DNA of 32,000 bases from Patescibacteria group bacterium (GCA_041662745.1 JBAZRV010000002.1:206919-238918); one strand, 5' to 3'. Numbered from the stretch's first letter, positions 15,696 to 25,359 are shown. The notes: generated by a model from the letters alone, not told the origin. Made by a program: numbers and translations.

Positions 15696-16328
15696 ATGAA
15701 AAACATTATTGCCATCAATAAACCCAAAGGTCCGACTTCATTTGCTATTGTCGCTCAAGTCAGGCGACGGACGGGCGTAAAAAAAGTCGGCCATGCCGGA
15801 ACATTGGATCCGTTGGCATCCGGTGTTTTAGTCGTGGCCATCGGCAGAGAAGCGACCAAAAAAATTTCCGAGGTGGTGGCCAAAGAAAAGGAATACGTGG
15901 CGGATATCAAGCTGGGCCTGACCAGCAGTACTGACGATGAAGAGGGGACAAAAGATATTATTAACGATCGCCAGCCCGATCAAGAGGAAGTATTAAAGGC
16001 GATCAAGGAATTTATCGGGGAAATCCAACAGGTGCCGCCGCAATTTTCCGCCATAAAAATTGCCGGCCGTCCCGCTTATAAAACAGCGCGCCGAGGCGAG
16101 AAATTGGAATTGGCGGCCAGGCCGGTGTTGATTAAGAATATTGAATTGCTTGAATATAAATACCCCGATCTAAAAATCAGGGTGGTTACCGGTCCCGGAG
16201 TTTATATTAGGTCGCTGGCCCGCGATTTGGGTCAGGCCCTGGGTTGCGGCGCTTACATGTCCGGCTTGGTGCGAACCAGGGTGGGGGAATACCGGTTGGA
16301 AGATGCGATAGCTGTTGATAGCTTGTAA
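15696..16328 (+). CDS. truB: tRNA pseudouridine(55) synthase, catalytic domain only
   Basis: INKPKGPTS ... GHAGTLDPLASGVLVV contains the catalytic Asp motif. At 210 aa it has no room for a C-terminal PUA domain. Confidence 0.9.
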   Translation: MKNIIAINKPKGPTSFAIVAQVRRRTGVKKVGHAGTLDPLASGVLVVAIGREATKKISEVVAKEKEYVADIKLGLTSSTDDEEGTKDIINDRQPDQEEVLKAIKEFIGEIQQVPPQFSAIKIAGRPAYKTARRGEKLELAARPVLIKNIELLEYKYPDLKIRVVTGPGVYIRSLARDLGQALGCGAYMSGLVRTRVGEYRLEDAIAVDSL

Positions 16329-16384
16329 TTATTATCGTAGATTAAAAGAATGCCGCAAAAGATTAATTAGATTATTTTAATTGA

Positions 16385-16413
16385 TTGTAAAAACCGAGTA
16401 ATTTTGTTAAAAT
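16385..16413 (+). promoter_or_regulatory. promoter for the PfkB kinase gene
   Basis: TTGTAA (16385-16390), 17-nt spacer, TGt-TAAAAT (16405-16413). Confidence 0.5.
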
Positions 16414-16450
16414 ACACTACATAATACCGCATGAATAAAAACGCAACCAT

Positions 16451-17401
16451 ATGTCTAAAAAGCAATTTGATCTGATTACCGTCGGCGGAGCGACCATTGA
16501 CATCTCCTTTTATTCCAAGGAAGGCGAGTTAATCTCTACCGGCAATGCCATAAAGCAGAAATTGTTAGCTTTTGAATATGGCGCTAAAATCGTCGCTGAC
16601 CGAGTATTCAATACTTTCGGGGGCGGTTGTTCCAATGCGGCTGTGTCGGCGGCGCGCTTAGGCCTAAAAACTGCGGCTCTGTGCCGCATAGGCAAAGATG
16701 ACTTCGGCAAGCGAGTCTTGGCTAATTTAACCGCCAATAAGGTTGATAGCGGTTTGGTCGGGCTTGACAGCAAAAATCCTACGGCCTTTACGGTAATTTT
16801 AACTGTTGACAATCCCAGCAAAGAACATATCGCCTTTGTTTACCGCGGCGCCAATGCTGTTTTAAATGACAAGGATATTCTACTGTCTTCCGTTAATGCC
16901 AAATGGTTTTATGTTACATCCTTGCCGGCCGTCGGTTGGCAAAAAATCATGGATAAATTAGTCGCTACCGGAAAAAAGATCGCTTGGAACCCCGGCAATG
17001 AGCAACTTAAGGATATTCCGGCCATTAAGAGATATTTGAACAAAATAGAAGTACTGATAGTCAATCATGATGAGGCTTTGGAATTTAAGAAGCTTAAAGA
17101 CATAAAGGGTTTGTTGGCCCACCTCAAATCCCTCGGGCCTAAAGTGGCGGTGATTACCGATGGGGCTAACGGCGCTTATGCCGTAGACGGCAAAAAACAA
17201 TATTTTATGAAGGCCAGATCATCCAAGCCGGTTAATACTCTGGGCGTCGGTGACGCCTTTGGCTCGACCTTGACTTCGGCTTTGGTTTATGATAAAAACA
17301 TAAAAGAAGCGCTCACTTGGGGCATCAAAAATTCTGCCTCGGTCGTTAATCACATCGGAGCGCAAACAGGCCTACTCACGAAAAAAGAAATTGAGAAATA
17401 A
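16451..17401 (+). CDS. PfkB-family carbohydrate kinase
   Basis: GGGCSNAAVSAARLG (N-terminal PfkB signature region) and NTLGVGDAFGS (C-terminal DxxG signature). Length is 316 aa. Confidence 0.85.
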   Translation: MSKKQFDLITVGGATIDISFYSKEGELISTGNAIKQKLLAFEYGAKIVADRVFNTFGGGCSNAAVSAARLGLKTAALCRIGKDDFGKRVLANLTANKVDSGLVGLDSKNPTAFTVILTVDNPSKEHIAFVYRGANAVLNDKDILLSSVNAKWFYVTSLPAVGWQKIMDKLVATGKKIAWNPGNEQLKDIPAIKRYLNKIEVLIVNHDEALEFKKLKDIKGLLAHLKSLGPKVAVITDGANGAYAVDGKKQYFMKARSSKPVNTLGVGDAFGSTLTSALVYDKNIKEALTWGIKNSASVVNHIGAQTGLLTKKEIEK

Positions 17402-17415
17402 CTAAATATTATTTC

Positions 17416-17461
17416 GTCAGGTGATAGGCGCGCCAAGCTGGCGTACCTGTCATTTTGTTTT
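17416..17461 (+). terminator. terminator after the kinase gene
   Basis: Outer stem caggt (17418-17422) / acctg (17445-17449) and inner stem cgcca / tggcg, followed by cattttgtttt. Confidence 0.55.
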
Positions 17462-17588
17462 CGCCTTTTTAATGAAAGTAAAATAAACTCTCTGGGAGAT
17501 TTTATCACAAAAAAATAATAATATAATACTGCTTTAGATTTTACAGACTCGCGACTTTTGACTAATAATTAATAACTCAATATAAATT

Positions 17589-20231
17589 ATGTCTGATGTG
17601 AAAAAGTATGTTTATTCCTTTGAAGAGGGGAATAAAGACATGAAAGAACTTCTCGGCGGCAAGGGCGCCAACCTGGCGGAAATGTCCAGCTTGGGCATTA
17701 ATGTCCCGCCGGGATTCACTATTACCACCGAGGTTTGCGACCTGTATTACCAGGCCGGAAAAACCATTACTGACGAAGTCAAAGAACAAACCAACGCCAA
17801 ATTGAAGCAGTTGGAAGAAAAAATGGGCAAGACCCTGGGTGATGCCAGCGACCCATTGCTGGTTTCCGTTCGTTCCGGCGCCGCGGCTTCCTTGCCGGGT
17901 ATGATGGACACGATTTTGAACTTGGGCCTTAATGACCAATCCGTTTTGGGTTTAGCCACTAAGACCGGCAATGCCCGTTTTGCTTGGGATTCTTATCGCC
18001 GTTTGATCCAAATGTTCGGCAATGTGGTTATGGAAGTGGAACATGCCGAATTTGAACATATTTTAGAAAATATTAAAGACACCAAAGGCGCCAAATTTGA
18101 TACCGACTTAACGGCCGAAGATTTGCAGGAAGTCGTCAACCGTTACAAAGCTAAGATCAAGGAAGTCAAGGGCATTGATTTCCCTCAAGATCCGATTGAC
18201 CAGCTGTATGCCGCTGTTAACGCCGTGTTTAACTCTTGGAATAATTATCGCGCCGTCCGCTATCGCCAGATTAATGACATTAAAGGATTAATCGGTACGG
18301 CCGTAAATATCCAAACCATGGTGTTTGGCAACTTGGGCGAAGATTCCGGCACCGGCGTTTGCTTTACCCGCAATCCGTCTACCGGCGAAGCCAAATTTTA
18401 CGGCGAATACTTGATGAACGCGCAAGGTGAAGACGTAGTCGCCGGCATCCGCACTCCGCTTGCCGTCTCTACTTTGGAACAGCAAAACCCCGCTATCTAC
18501 AAAGAATTGGTTGATACCTGCAATACCGTAGAAAAACACTATCGCGACATGCAGGACATGGAATTCACTATCCAGCAGGGCAGATTATTCATTCTGCAAA
18601 CCAGAAACGGCAAACGGACTGCCGCGGCCGCCGTGCGTATTGCTGTAGAGCTCGTCAGCGAAGGATCAATTTCCAAAGACGAGGCGATTATGCGTGTGGA
18701 ACCCAACCAATTGAATCAATTATTGCATAAACAATTGGATCCCCTGGCTAAAACTGAGGGCGAAGTTATCGCTCGCGGTCTGCCGGCCTCGCCCGGAGCC
18801 GCTGTCGGCGAAATTGTTTTTACCGCCGCCGAAGCGTTTGAAAAAACTCAAGCCGGTTTGGCTGTTATTTTGGTCCGTACGGAAACCTCTCCTGAAGACA
18901 TTGACGGCATGCATTCGGCCAAAGGCATTTTAACTGCCCGTGGCGGTATGACCTCGCACGCGGCTGTTGTGGCTCGCGGTATGGGTACTTGTTGCGTCGC
19001 CGGTTGCGCTGACATTATTATTGATGAGAAGGGTAAGACCTTAACTATTAAAGATAGCGGCTTGATTTTGAAGGAAGGCGAATGGATTTCCTTGGACGGC
19101 GCTACCGGTGAAGTGTATAACGGCAAATTAGGCACCAAAGACCCGGAATTGTCCGGCAACTTTGGCACTTTAATGGGTTGGGCCGATGAGGTCAGAAAAC
19201 TCAAAGTCCGCACTAATGCCGATACGCCCCATGATGCCGCAGTCGCCAGAAAATTTGGCGCCGAAGGTATCGGTTTGTGCCGCACCGAGCATATGTTTTT
19301 TGAGGGCGACAGAATCAAAGCTGTCAGAGAAATGATTCTGGCTTCCGATGTGGCCGGTAGAGAAAAAGCCTTAGCTAAGCTCCTGCCTTATCAGAGAGAG
19401 GATTTTATCGGGTTATTCAAAGCTATGGACGGCCAGGCCGTAACCATCCGTTTCTTGGATCCGCCATTGCATGAATTTTTGCCCAAAGAAGAAAAAGATA
19501 TTGCCGAGCTATCCGCTGAAATGAACGTGCCGATTGAGGTTCTGAAGGCTAAGATTGATGATTTGCACGAATTCAATCCGATGTTGGGCCATCGCGGTTG
19601 CCGTTTGGCCATCACTTATCCGGAAATCAATGACATGCAAGCCACGGCCGTGATTGAAGCGGCGATTGCCGTAGAAAAAGAGGGGATTAAAGTGGAACCG
19701 GAAATCATGATTCCTCTCGTGGCCTCGGTCAAAGAATTTTCAATTCTTAAGGATCGTATCGTTAAAGTAGTTGATGAAAAGTTAGCCGCCGCCGGCAGTC
19801 AGTTGAAATATAAAGTAGGCACGATGATTGAAGTGCCTCGCGCGGCTTTGATTGCCGACAAGATTGTGGAAGCCGGAGCGGAATTCTTCTCCTTCGGTAC
19901 CAATGATTTGACTCAGATGGGTGCGGGCTTATCCCGCGATGATGCCGGTAAATTCTTGAAGGAATATGTGGCGCAAGGCATTTTTGAATATGATCCCTTT
20001 GAGGTGCTGGATCAAGAGGGTATTGGCGAACTTATTCGCATTGCCATTAAGAAAGGCAGAAGCGTCAAAGAAGACTTGAAAATCGGCATTTGCGGCGAAC
20101 ACGGCGGAGAACCAAAAACCGTTAATTTCTGCCATCGGGAGGGCTTTAATTACGTGTCCTGCTCGCCGTTCCGCGTACCGATTGCTCGGTTAGCTGCGGC
20201 CCAGGCAGCGATTAAAGATAATAACAAATAG
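17589..20231 (+). CDS. ppdK: pyruvate, phosphate dikinase
   Basis: YVYSFEEGNKDMKELLGGKGANLAEM at the N-terminus. Phospho-His region GGMTSHAAVVARGMG. PEP-utilising region GLCRTEHMFF. Length is 880 aa. Confidence 0.96.
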   Translation: MSDVKKYVYSFEEGNKDMKELLGGKGANLAEMSSLGINVPPGFTITTEVCDLYYQAGKTITDEVKEQTNAKLKQLEEKMGKTLGDASDPLLVSVRSGAAASLPGMMDTILNLGLNDQSVLGLATKTGNARFAWDSYRRLIQMFGNVVMEVEHAEFEHILENIKDTKGAKFDTDLTAEDLQEVVNRYKAKIKEVKGIDFPQDPIDQLYAAVNAVFNSWNNYRAVRYRQINDIKGLIGTAVNIQTMVFGNLGEDSGTGVCFTRNPSTGEAKFYGEYLMNAQGEDVVAGIRTPLAVSTLEQQNPAIYKELVDTCNTVEKHYRDMQDMEFTIQQGRLFILQTRNGKRTAAAAVRIAVELVSEGSISKDEAIMRVEPNQLNQLLHKQLDPLAKTEGEVIARGLPASPGAAVGEIVFTAAEAFEKTQAGLAVILVRTETSPEDIDGMHSAKGILTARGGMTSHAAVVARGMGTCCVAGCADIIIDEKGKTLTIKDSGLILKEGEWISLDGATGEVYNGKLGTKDPELSGNFGTLMGWADEVRKLKVRTNADTPHDAAVARKFGAEGIGLCRTEHMFFEGDRIKAVREMILASDVAGREKALAKLLPYQREDFIGLFKAMDGQAVTIRFLDPPLHEFLPKEEKDIAELSAEMNVPIEVLKAKIDDLHEFNPMLGHRGCRLAITYPEINDMQATAVIEAAIAVEKEGIKVEPEIMIPLVASVKEFSILKDRIVKVVDEKLAAAGSQLKYKVGTMIEVPRAALIADKIVEAGAEFFSFGTNDLTQMGAGLSRDDAGKFLKEYVAQGIFEYDPFEVLDQEGIGELIRIAIKKGRSVKEDLKIGICGEHGGEPKTVNFCHREGFNYVSCSPFRVPIARLAAAQAAIKDNNK

Positions 20232-20302
20232 GAAATAATTTATTATTTTAGATGAAGCTGGCTCTGCCGCCAGCGGACGGAGAATTTGAGGGGACTTCCA
20301 AT

Positions 20303-20331
20303 AAAAAAACCGGTTTTTTGCCGGTTTTTTT
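20303..20331 (+). terminator. terminator after ppdK
   Basis: aaaaaaaccgg ... ccggttttttt hairpin, with the T-run ending at 20331. Confidence 0.7.
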
Positions 20332-20406
20332 AATTATTTTATAATTAATTTTATCTAAAATTAGGTAATTTAATGGTTTATTTGATTAGTATTGTAAATA
20401 ACACTA

Positions 20407-20435
20407 TTGACAAATATGTCAAAGTGTGATATACT
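20407..20435 (+). promoter_or_regulatory. consensus promoter for the orphan lipoprotein gene
   Basis: TTGACA (20407-20412), 17-nt spacer, TGa-TATACT (20427-20435). The -35 box is the left arm of the palindrome TTGACA-aata-TGTCAA (20407-20422). Confidence 0.65.
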
Positions 20436-20505
20436 TATAAATTAGTCCTAGGTTGGACTAATGTGTGGTTCGTTACAAGGCAACGCAAAAAAGGAGAACA
20501 GTATC

Positions 20506-21384
20506 ATGCATCGTCACGTATCACTCATTGTCATCGGCTTTCTGGCTCTCTCAGTGACGACACTGACGGGTTGCCCGCCCATCAATGAAGCCGAACTCGG
20601 AGGGTTCGATATCGAGGGCGATCTTTCGACCGTTGTCGATAAGATCGACGACGATTTCGTCGGCGAAGTGGCCAAGGCCCTCGAAAAAGGCGGTGGCGGT
20701 GGCGGGATCGAGGGTCTGAGCCAAGAGGAGCTCCAAGCAATTGGGAATTCCATCAAGGCGCAGGCCGTGGGGATTGACATCTACCTTTACCCCAATGATG
20801 GCGGTATGGGAAAAGGCGGCGGCTCCGGTTACTACTCATTCTATATCCCAATTGTCGATCACCAGTTCCGCGCTCATTGCGGCGGAATCCGACCAGGGAA
20901 CTACAGCCTGTCCGTCTCTTTCCGGGACGAGCAGAGCAACACACTCTTGTCGGGCTGGAAAGACGTTCTGGTAGAGGGAGGGGTAAATCGGAACGAGAAC
21001 TTAGTCATGGACTTCGTCTATGGCTACCCGTTCCAGTTTTCGATCTTCGGTGGTCTCCCTGGTTGGTATCAAACCGACCAATGGGGTTATGGAGAGGCAA
21101 TGTTGGTTGCCCCGGATGGCATCAGTTACCATGTCTCCTGGACTTGGGGCAAGTCCGGGATAGTTTTCAAGGTATGCTTACCCTTGAATTTTGCCGGTGG
21201 CGTTTTGTATATCGTCGACGGTGACGGCAATGACGTCTATTGCGACTTGCCGCTCGTCATCAGCGACATTGATTGGGGTAATTTCAGGTTTTCCGATTTC
21301 TTTCATTTTCCCTACGTGGAATCGGATGCGTTGGGCGGGCTTGATCTCAACATTGGCTTCGCCTGGGAGAACCAGCGCGGCTAA
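20506..21384 (+). CDS. lipoprotein of unknown function with atypical composition
   Basis: AAGGAG (20491-20496) lies 9 nt before ATG 20506. Signal peptide plus lipobox MHRHVSLIVIGFLALSVTTLTGC. Poly-Gly linkers and an aromatic-rich C-terminal part. The track's ATG at 20461 lacks an SD and precedes the signal peptide. Confidence 0.7.
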   Translation: MHRHVSLIVIGFLALSVTTLTGCPPINEAELGGFDIEGDLSTVVDKIDDDFVGEVAKALEKGGGGGGIEGLSQEELQAIGNSIKAQAVGIDIYLYPNDGGMGKGGGSGYYSFYIPIVDHQFRAHCGGIRPGNYSLSVSFRDEQSNTLLSGWKDVLVEGGVNRNENLVMDFVYGYPFQFSIFGGLPGWYQTDQWGYGEAMLVAPDGISYHVSWTWGKSGIVFKVCLPLNFAGGVLYIVDGDGNDVYCDLPLVISDIDWGNFRFSDFFHFPYVESDALGGLDLNIGFAWENQRG

Positions 21385-21402
21385 GTAACAATTGTCCTTT
21401 GT

Positions 21403-21438
21403 GAGTGGGTTGCTAAAAGCAGCCCGCTCTTTTATTTT
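21403..21438 (+). terminator. terminator after the lipoprotein gene
   Basis: 11-bp stem gagtgggttgc (21403-21413) / gcagcccgctc (21419-21429) with two G-U pairs, followed by ttttatttt. Confidence 0.7.
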
Positions 21439-21455
21439 GGCTGAATTGGATATTT

Positions 21456-23546
21456 ATGGTAAAATTAGATTATTATAAATCAGCTACTATGATTAACCTT
21501 AAACCATTTTTTAATCCGCGAAGCGTGGCGATAATCGGCGCCTCCAACCATGTCGGCAAAGTCGGTAATGATGTGATGAAAAACCTCTTAGCTGATTATC
21601 GTGGCAAAATTTTCCCCGTCAATCCCTCTGAGACGCAGATAGAAGGTCAGCCGGCATACCCGTCAATTTTAAAAACGCCGCAAATCCCCGATTTGGCGAT
21701 TATTGTCGTGCCGGCGCAATTTGTTTTAACCGTAGCGGAGGAATGCGGCAAAAAAGGAACAAAAAACATTTTGATCATTTCTTCCGGTTTTAAGGAAGTC
21801 GGCGGCGAGGGAGCTAAATTGGAAGAAAAATTATTACAACTGAAAAATAAGTACAAACTGCGCATACTCGGACCGAATTGCTTAGGTTACATCAACACCA
21901 AACCGTCAGTAAACGCTTCTTTTGCCGCTACTTTCCCCAAGGCGGGCAATGTAGCCTTTTTTTCCCAATCCGGCGCCTTGGGCACGGCTATTTTAGATAC
22001 GGCCGAGGCTCAAAAGCTCGGTTTTTCTTATTTTGTATCAATGGGCAACAAATGCGACATCAACGAATTGGATCTTTTAGAGTATTTTTATCAGGATAAG
22101 AATAGCAAAGTGATAATGGCTTATCTGGAAAGTATTGCCGACGGTCAAAAATTCCTGTCTTTGGCCGATAAGATTTCCGGCAAAAAACCGATTATTGTTT
22201 TAAAATCAGGCAAGACTGCCGCCGGCAGTCAAGCCGTTTCTTCCCATACCGGGTCATTAGCCGGCGCCGCTCAAGTTTATAGCGCCGCTTTCAAGCAATC
22301 CGGCGTAATTGAAGCGCGGGACGTTATGGATTTCTTTAATTTAGCCGAGGGTTTTGCCTACCAGGATTTGCCTCGCGGCAACCAAGTGGCTATTGTCACT
22401 AACGCCGGCGGTCCGGGAATTCTTTTGACCGACTGGCTTCCTGAACACGGCTTAGAATTGGCCAAATTATCCGAAACGACTAAAGCCAAATTAAAAAAGA
22501 TTTTGCCGGCGGCGGCCAGCAACCATAATCCGGTTGATGTTTTAGGTGATGCCTTAGCCGACCGTTACGAGATCGCTTTGCGCGAAGTAGCCAGAGATAA
22601 AAATGTTGACGCCATAATCGTGGCTTTGACTCCGCAAAGGATGACGCAAATCAAAGAGACAACGGAAGCAATCGGCCGAATCAAAAAAACCACCAATAAG
22701 ACAATCATCCTATGTTTTCTGGGCGAATTGGAAATCGTCAAATACTATCAAGCTTTTGCCGATAATAAATTGCCGCAATTCAACTTTCCCGAACAGGCCG
22801 TCAGTGTTTTAAGCGCCATGGCCAAATATTACCAATATCTCAAACATAAACAGCCGGCGGCCAAGATTGCCGCCGTTAAGCCTAATAAATTATCAGCCGG
22901 CGAATTAACCGAGGATGTTTGTCGGAAATTATTGATTGAAAATGATATTCCAGTGCATCGCGCCGAGTTTATTGCGGATATTTCCTTAGCCGCCAAGGCC
23001 GGGAAAAAAATCGGCTACCCCATTGCGCTTAAAGTCGTCTCGCCCCAAGTGATGCATAAATCCGATGTCGGCGGAGTGAGGATTGGCATTAACGATGAAA
23101 CGGAATTGCTGGCCGCCATAAAAAAAATGAACACGGATATTGTTCAGAAAGTCAGGGGAGCCAAAATCAAGGGATACCTTTTGGGTGAGATGGTTAATGG
23201 TCAGCAAGTGATTGTCGGTTTGAAACGGGATCCTCAATTCGGCGCCGTTATCATGCTCGGCTTGGGCGGAATTTATACGGAAGTGTTTAAGGATGTGGTT
23301 TTTCGCGTGGCGCCCATTGATAAAAATGAAGCGCGAAAAATGATTGGGGAATTAAAAATCTATCCGCTGTTAGCCGGCGCGCGCGGCCAAAAACCGGCTG
23401 ATACTGGCGCTTTGGCGGATTTATTGGTAAGATTTTCTTATCTGGCGGCAAAGTATCCGGAATTAAAAGAGATTGATTTTAATCCGGTTATGGTATTGGA
23501 TAAGGGCAGGGGAGTAAGGGTAGTTGATGTCAGAATGGCAAAGTAA
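21456..23546 (+). CDS. acetate--CoA ligase (ADP-forming), fused alpha/beta type
   Basis: CoA-binding N-terminus (FFNPRSVAIIGASN). Phospho-His loop (SSHTGSLAGA). C-terminal ATP-grasp region (GYPIALKVVSPQVMHKSDVGGV). The start could instead be ATG 21489. Confidence 0.85.
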   Translation: MVKLDYYKSATMINLKPFFNPRSVAIIGASNHVGKVGNDVMKNLLADYRGKIFPVNPSETQIEGQPAYPSILKTPQIPDLAIIVVPAQFVLTVAEECGKKGTKNILIISSGFKEVGGEGAKLEEKLLQLKNKYKLRILGPNCLGYINTKPSVNASFAATFPKAGNVAFFSQSGALGTAILDTAEAQKLGFSYFVSMGNKCDINELDLLEYFYQDKNSKVIMAYLESIADGQKFLSLADKISGKKPIIVLKSGKTAAGSQAVSSHTGSLAGAAQVYSAAFKQSGVIEARDVMDFFNLAEGFAYQDLPRGNQVAIVTNAGGPGILLTDWLPEHGLELAKLSETTKAKLKKILPAAASNHNPVDVLGDALADRYEIALREVARDKNVDAIIVALTPQRMTQIKETTEAIGRIKKTTNKTIILCFLGELEIVKYYQAFADNKLPQFNFPEQAVSVLSAMAKYYQYLKHKQPAAKIAAVKPNKLSAGELTEDVCRKLLIENDIPVHRAEFIADISLAAKAGKKIGYPIALKVVSPQVMHKSDVGGVRIGINDETELLAAIKKMNTDIVQKVRGAKIKGYLLGEMVNGQQVIVGLKRDPQFGAVIMLGLGGIYTEVFKDVVFRVAPIDKNEARKMIGELKIYPLLAGARGQKPADTGALADLLVRFSYLAAKYPELKEIDFNPVMVLDKGRGVRVVDVRMAK

Positions 23547-23595
23547 AAACCCCGATTAAACCGGGCCGCGAGGCGCAGCGTGACAAACCCTATTA

Positions 23596-25320
23596 ATGTT
23601 GTCAATGTTCAAAAAAATAAAAAAATTAATCAGCAAAATAAACAAAGAGTCGCAGAGCATTACCTCGGCGGCTATTATTATTGGCGGTTTATCCGTCGCC
23701 AGCAGGATATTAGGCGTAATCAGGGATAGGGTGCTGGCCTCGCAGTTTGGCGCCGGGGACATTCTGGATGCTTATTATGCCGCCTTTCGCTTGCCTGATT
23801 TGGTGTATAACCTTTTAATTTTAGGGGCGGTCTCGGCCGGCTTGATTCCTATTTTCACTTCGCTTTTAGCCAAACATCAGGAAAAAGAGGCGTGGAAACT
23901 AATCAACAGTATCCTGAATCTTTTATCCGTCGCCTTATTGATCGCTTGCGGCGCATTATTTGCCTTAGCTCCGTTGTTGCTGCCGCTAATCACCCCGGGG
24001 TTTACGCTGGAAAAAATGGAACTGGCCATCGCCCTGTCCCGCATCATGTTCCTCTCGCCGATTTTTCTTGGTTTATCGTCAATCTTTTCTTCCGTTTTGC
24101 AATCACAGCGCAAATTTTTTTTGTATTCTTTAGCGCCGATCGTTTATAATCTTGGCATTATTTTCGGCGCTTTGTTTTTGGTTAAGCCTTTTGGCGTTGC
24201 GGGTTTGGCTTGGGGCGTGGTCATTGGCGCATTTTTGCATATGATTATTCAGCTTTTGCCGTTATTCGGTTCTGATTTCAAATACCGTTTGGATTTCAAT
24301 TGGCGCGACAGGCATGTTATGGAGGTGTTTAGAATGATGGTGCCACGCACCATTTCTTTGGGTGTCAGCCAATTTAACTTTTTGATCATAACCGTAGTGG
24401 CCTCAACCTTAGCCGCCGGATCATTATCCATCTTTACTTTTGCCAATAATTTACAAAACTTCCCGTTGGGAATCTTTGGCGTCTCTTTGGGTATAGCGGC
24501 TTTGCCGGTATTATCTACTCTGGCGGCGCAGAAAAAAAATCAAGAATTTGTGACGGTTGTCTCTACCACCTTCCGCCAAACATTGTTTTTAATCGTGCCG
24601 ATCGCCATTATACTTTATGTTTTGCGCGCGCAGATCGTCCGCGTGCTCTTGGGCGCCGGGCGGTTTGACTGGTATGATACCCGCCTGACTGCCGCCTCCC
24701 TGGCTATTTTTTGCATCGGTTTGTTCGCCGCCGGCGCTTATCCGCTTATTATCCGCAGTTTTTACGCCTTACATGACACCAAAACGCCTTTTTATGCCGG
24801 CTTATTGTCCATGATAGTGAATGTAACGGCGTTATTGGTTTTCCGTTTTGTTTTTTCCTTTCAGAACTGGTTTTCTTTTGCCGCCGCCGCGCTTTTACGA
24901 CTATCGGATTTGTGGGGTTATGTTGATATGCGGGTATTGGCTTTACCGGCGGCCATGTCCGTGTCGGCGATCTTTGAATTATTATTGCTCATGATCCTGT
25001 TACGCAACAAAATCGGCCGATTGGATATCAGGCGTATCGCCAATTCCGCTTGGCGCATTACCATTGCCTCCATCGGTGGTGGTTTAACGGCTTATTTTTC
25101 TTTGCGGCTTTTTGATGATTATGTGGCTACGCAAACATTCTGGGGCATCTTTTCCCAAGGGCTTATTGCCGGCATCCTGGGATTGCTCGGTTACACGGCA
25201 TTGGGGTTGATCCTAAAAATTGAAGAGATGTTTATTTTCCTAACTTCCATGAAACGAAAATTATTCAAATCGGTGGTAATTATGACTGATAGCGGCGTCA
25301 ACAATGGCAGCAGCACTTAA
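23596..25320 (+). CDS. murJ: lipid II flippase MurJ
   Basis: SRILGVIRDRVLASQFGAGDILDAYYAAFRLPDLVYNLL is the MurJ/MviN N-terminal signature. About 14 hydrophobic helices, 574 aa. Confidence 0.9.
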   Translation: MLSMFKKIKKLISKINKESQSITSAAIIIGGLSVASRILGVIRDRVLASQFGAGDILDAYYAAFRLPDLVYNLLILGAVSAGLIPIFTSLLAKHQEKEAWKLINSILNLLSVALLIACGALFALAPLLLPLITPGFTLEKMELAIALSRIMFLSPIFLGLSSIFSSVLQSQRKFFLYSLAPIVYNLGIIFGALFLVKPFGVAGLAWGVVIGAFLHMIIQLLPLFGSDFKYRLDFNWRDRHVMEVFRMMVPRTISLGVSQFNFLIITVVASTLAAGSLSIFTFANNLQNFPLGIFGVSLGIAALPVLSTLAAQKKNQEFVTVVSTTFRQTLFLIVPIAIILYVLRAQIVRVLLGAGRFDWYDTRLTAASLAIFCIGLFAAGAYPLIIRSFYALHDTKTPFYAGLLSMIVNVTALLVFRFVFSFQNWFSFAAAALLRLSDLWGYVDMRVLALPAAMSVSAIFELLLLMILLRNKIGRLDIRRIANSAWRITIASIGGGLTAYFSLRLFDDYVATQTFWGIFSQGLIAGILGLLGYTALGLILKIEEMFIFLTSMKRKLFKSVVIMTDSGVNNGSST

Positions 25321-25359
25321 GTTTAATCAAAAAAATACTAACCGGTAAAAAAATAAAAA

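Noticed and set aside
17558-17586. TTGACT-17-TATAAA promoter-like site just upstream of ppdK
   Set aside because: The -10 ends only 2 nt before the ATG at 17589, so transcription would start inside the conserved PPDK N-terminus (YVYSFEEGN...). It is probably fortuitous in AT-rich DNA.
17577-19318. Antisense ORFs within ppdK (17577-17939, 18848-19318 and others)
   Set aside because: They are embedded in a strongly supported PPDK frame and have no independent signals.
20252-20344. 30-codon ORF (MKLALPPADGEFEGTSNKKTGFLPVFLIIL) after ppdK
   Set aside because: It has no SD or promoter, and its 3' half is the ppdK terminator hairpin and T-run.
20514-21388. Six overlapping ORF-track calls on both strands within the lipoprotein gene (e.g. 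20514-20780 -, 20877-21224 +)
   Set aside because: These are the typical by-product of a GC3-rich gene. They have no SD or promoter context and give Arg/Pro/Ser-rich nonsense-like translations.
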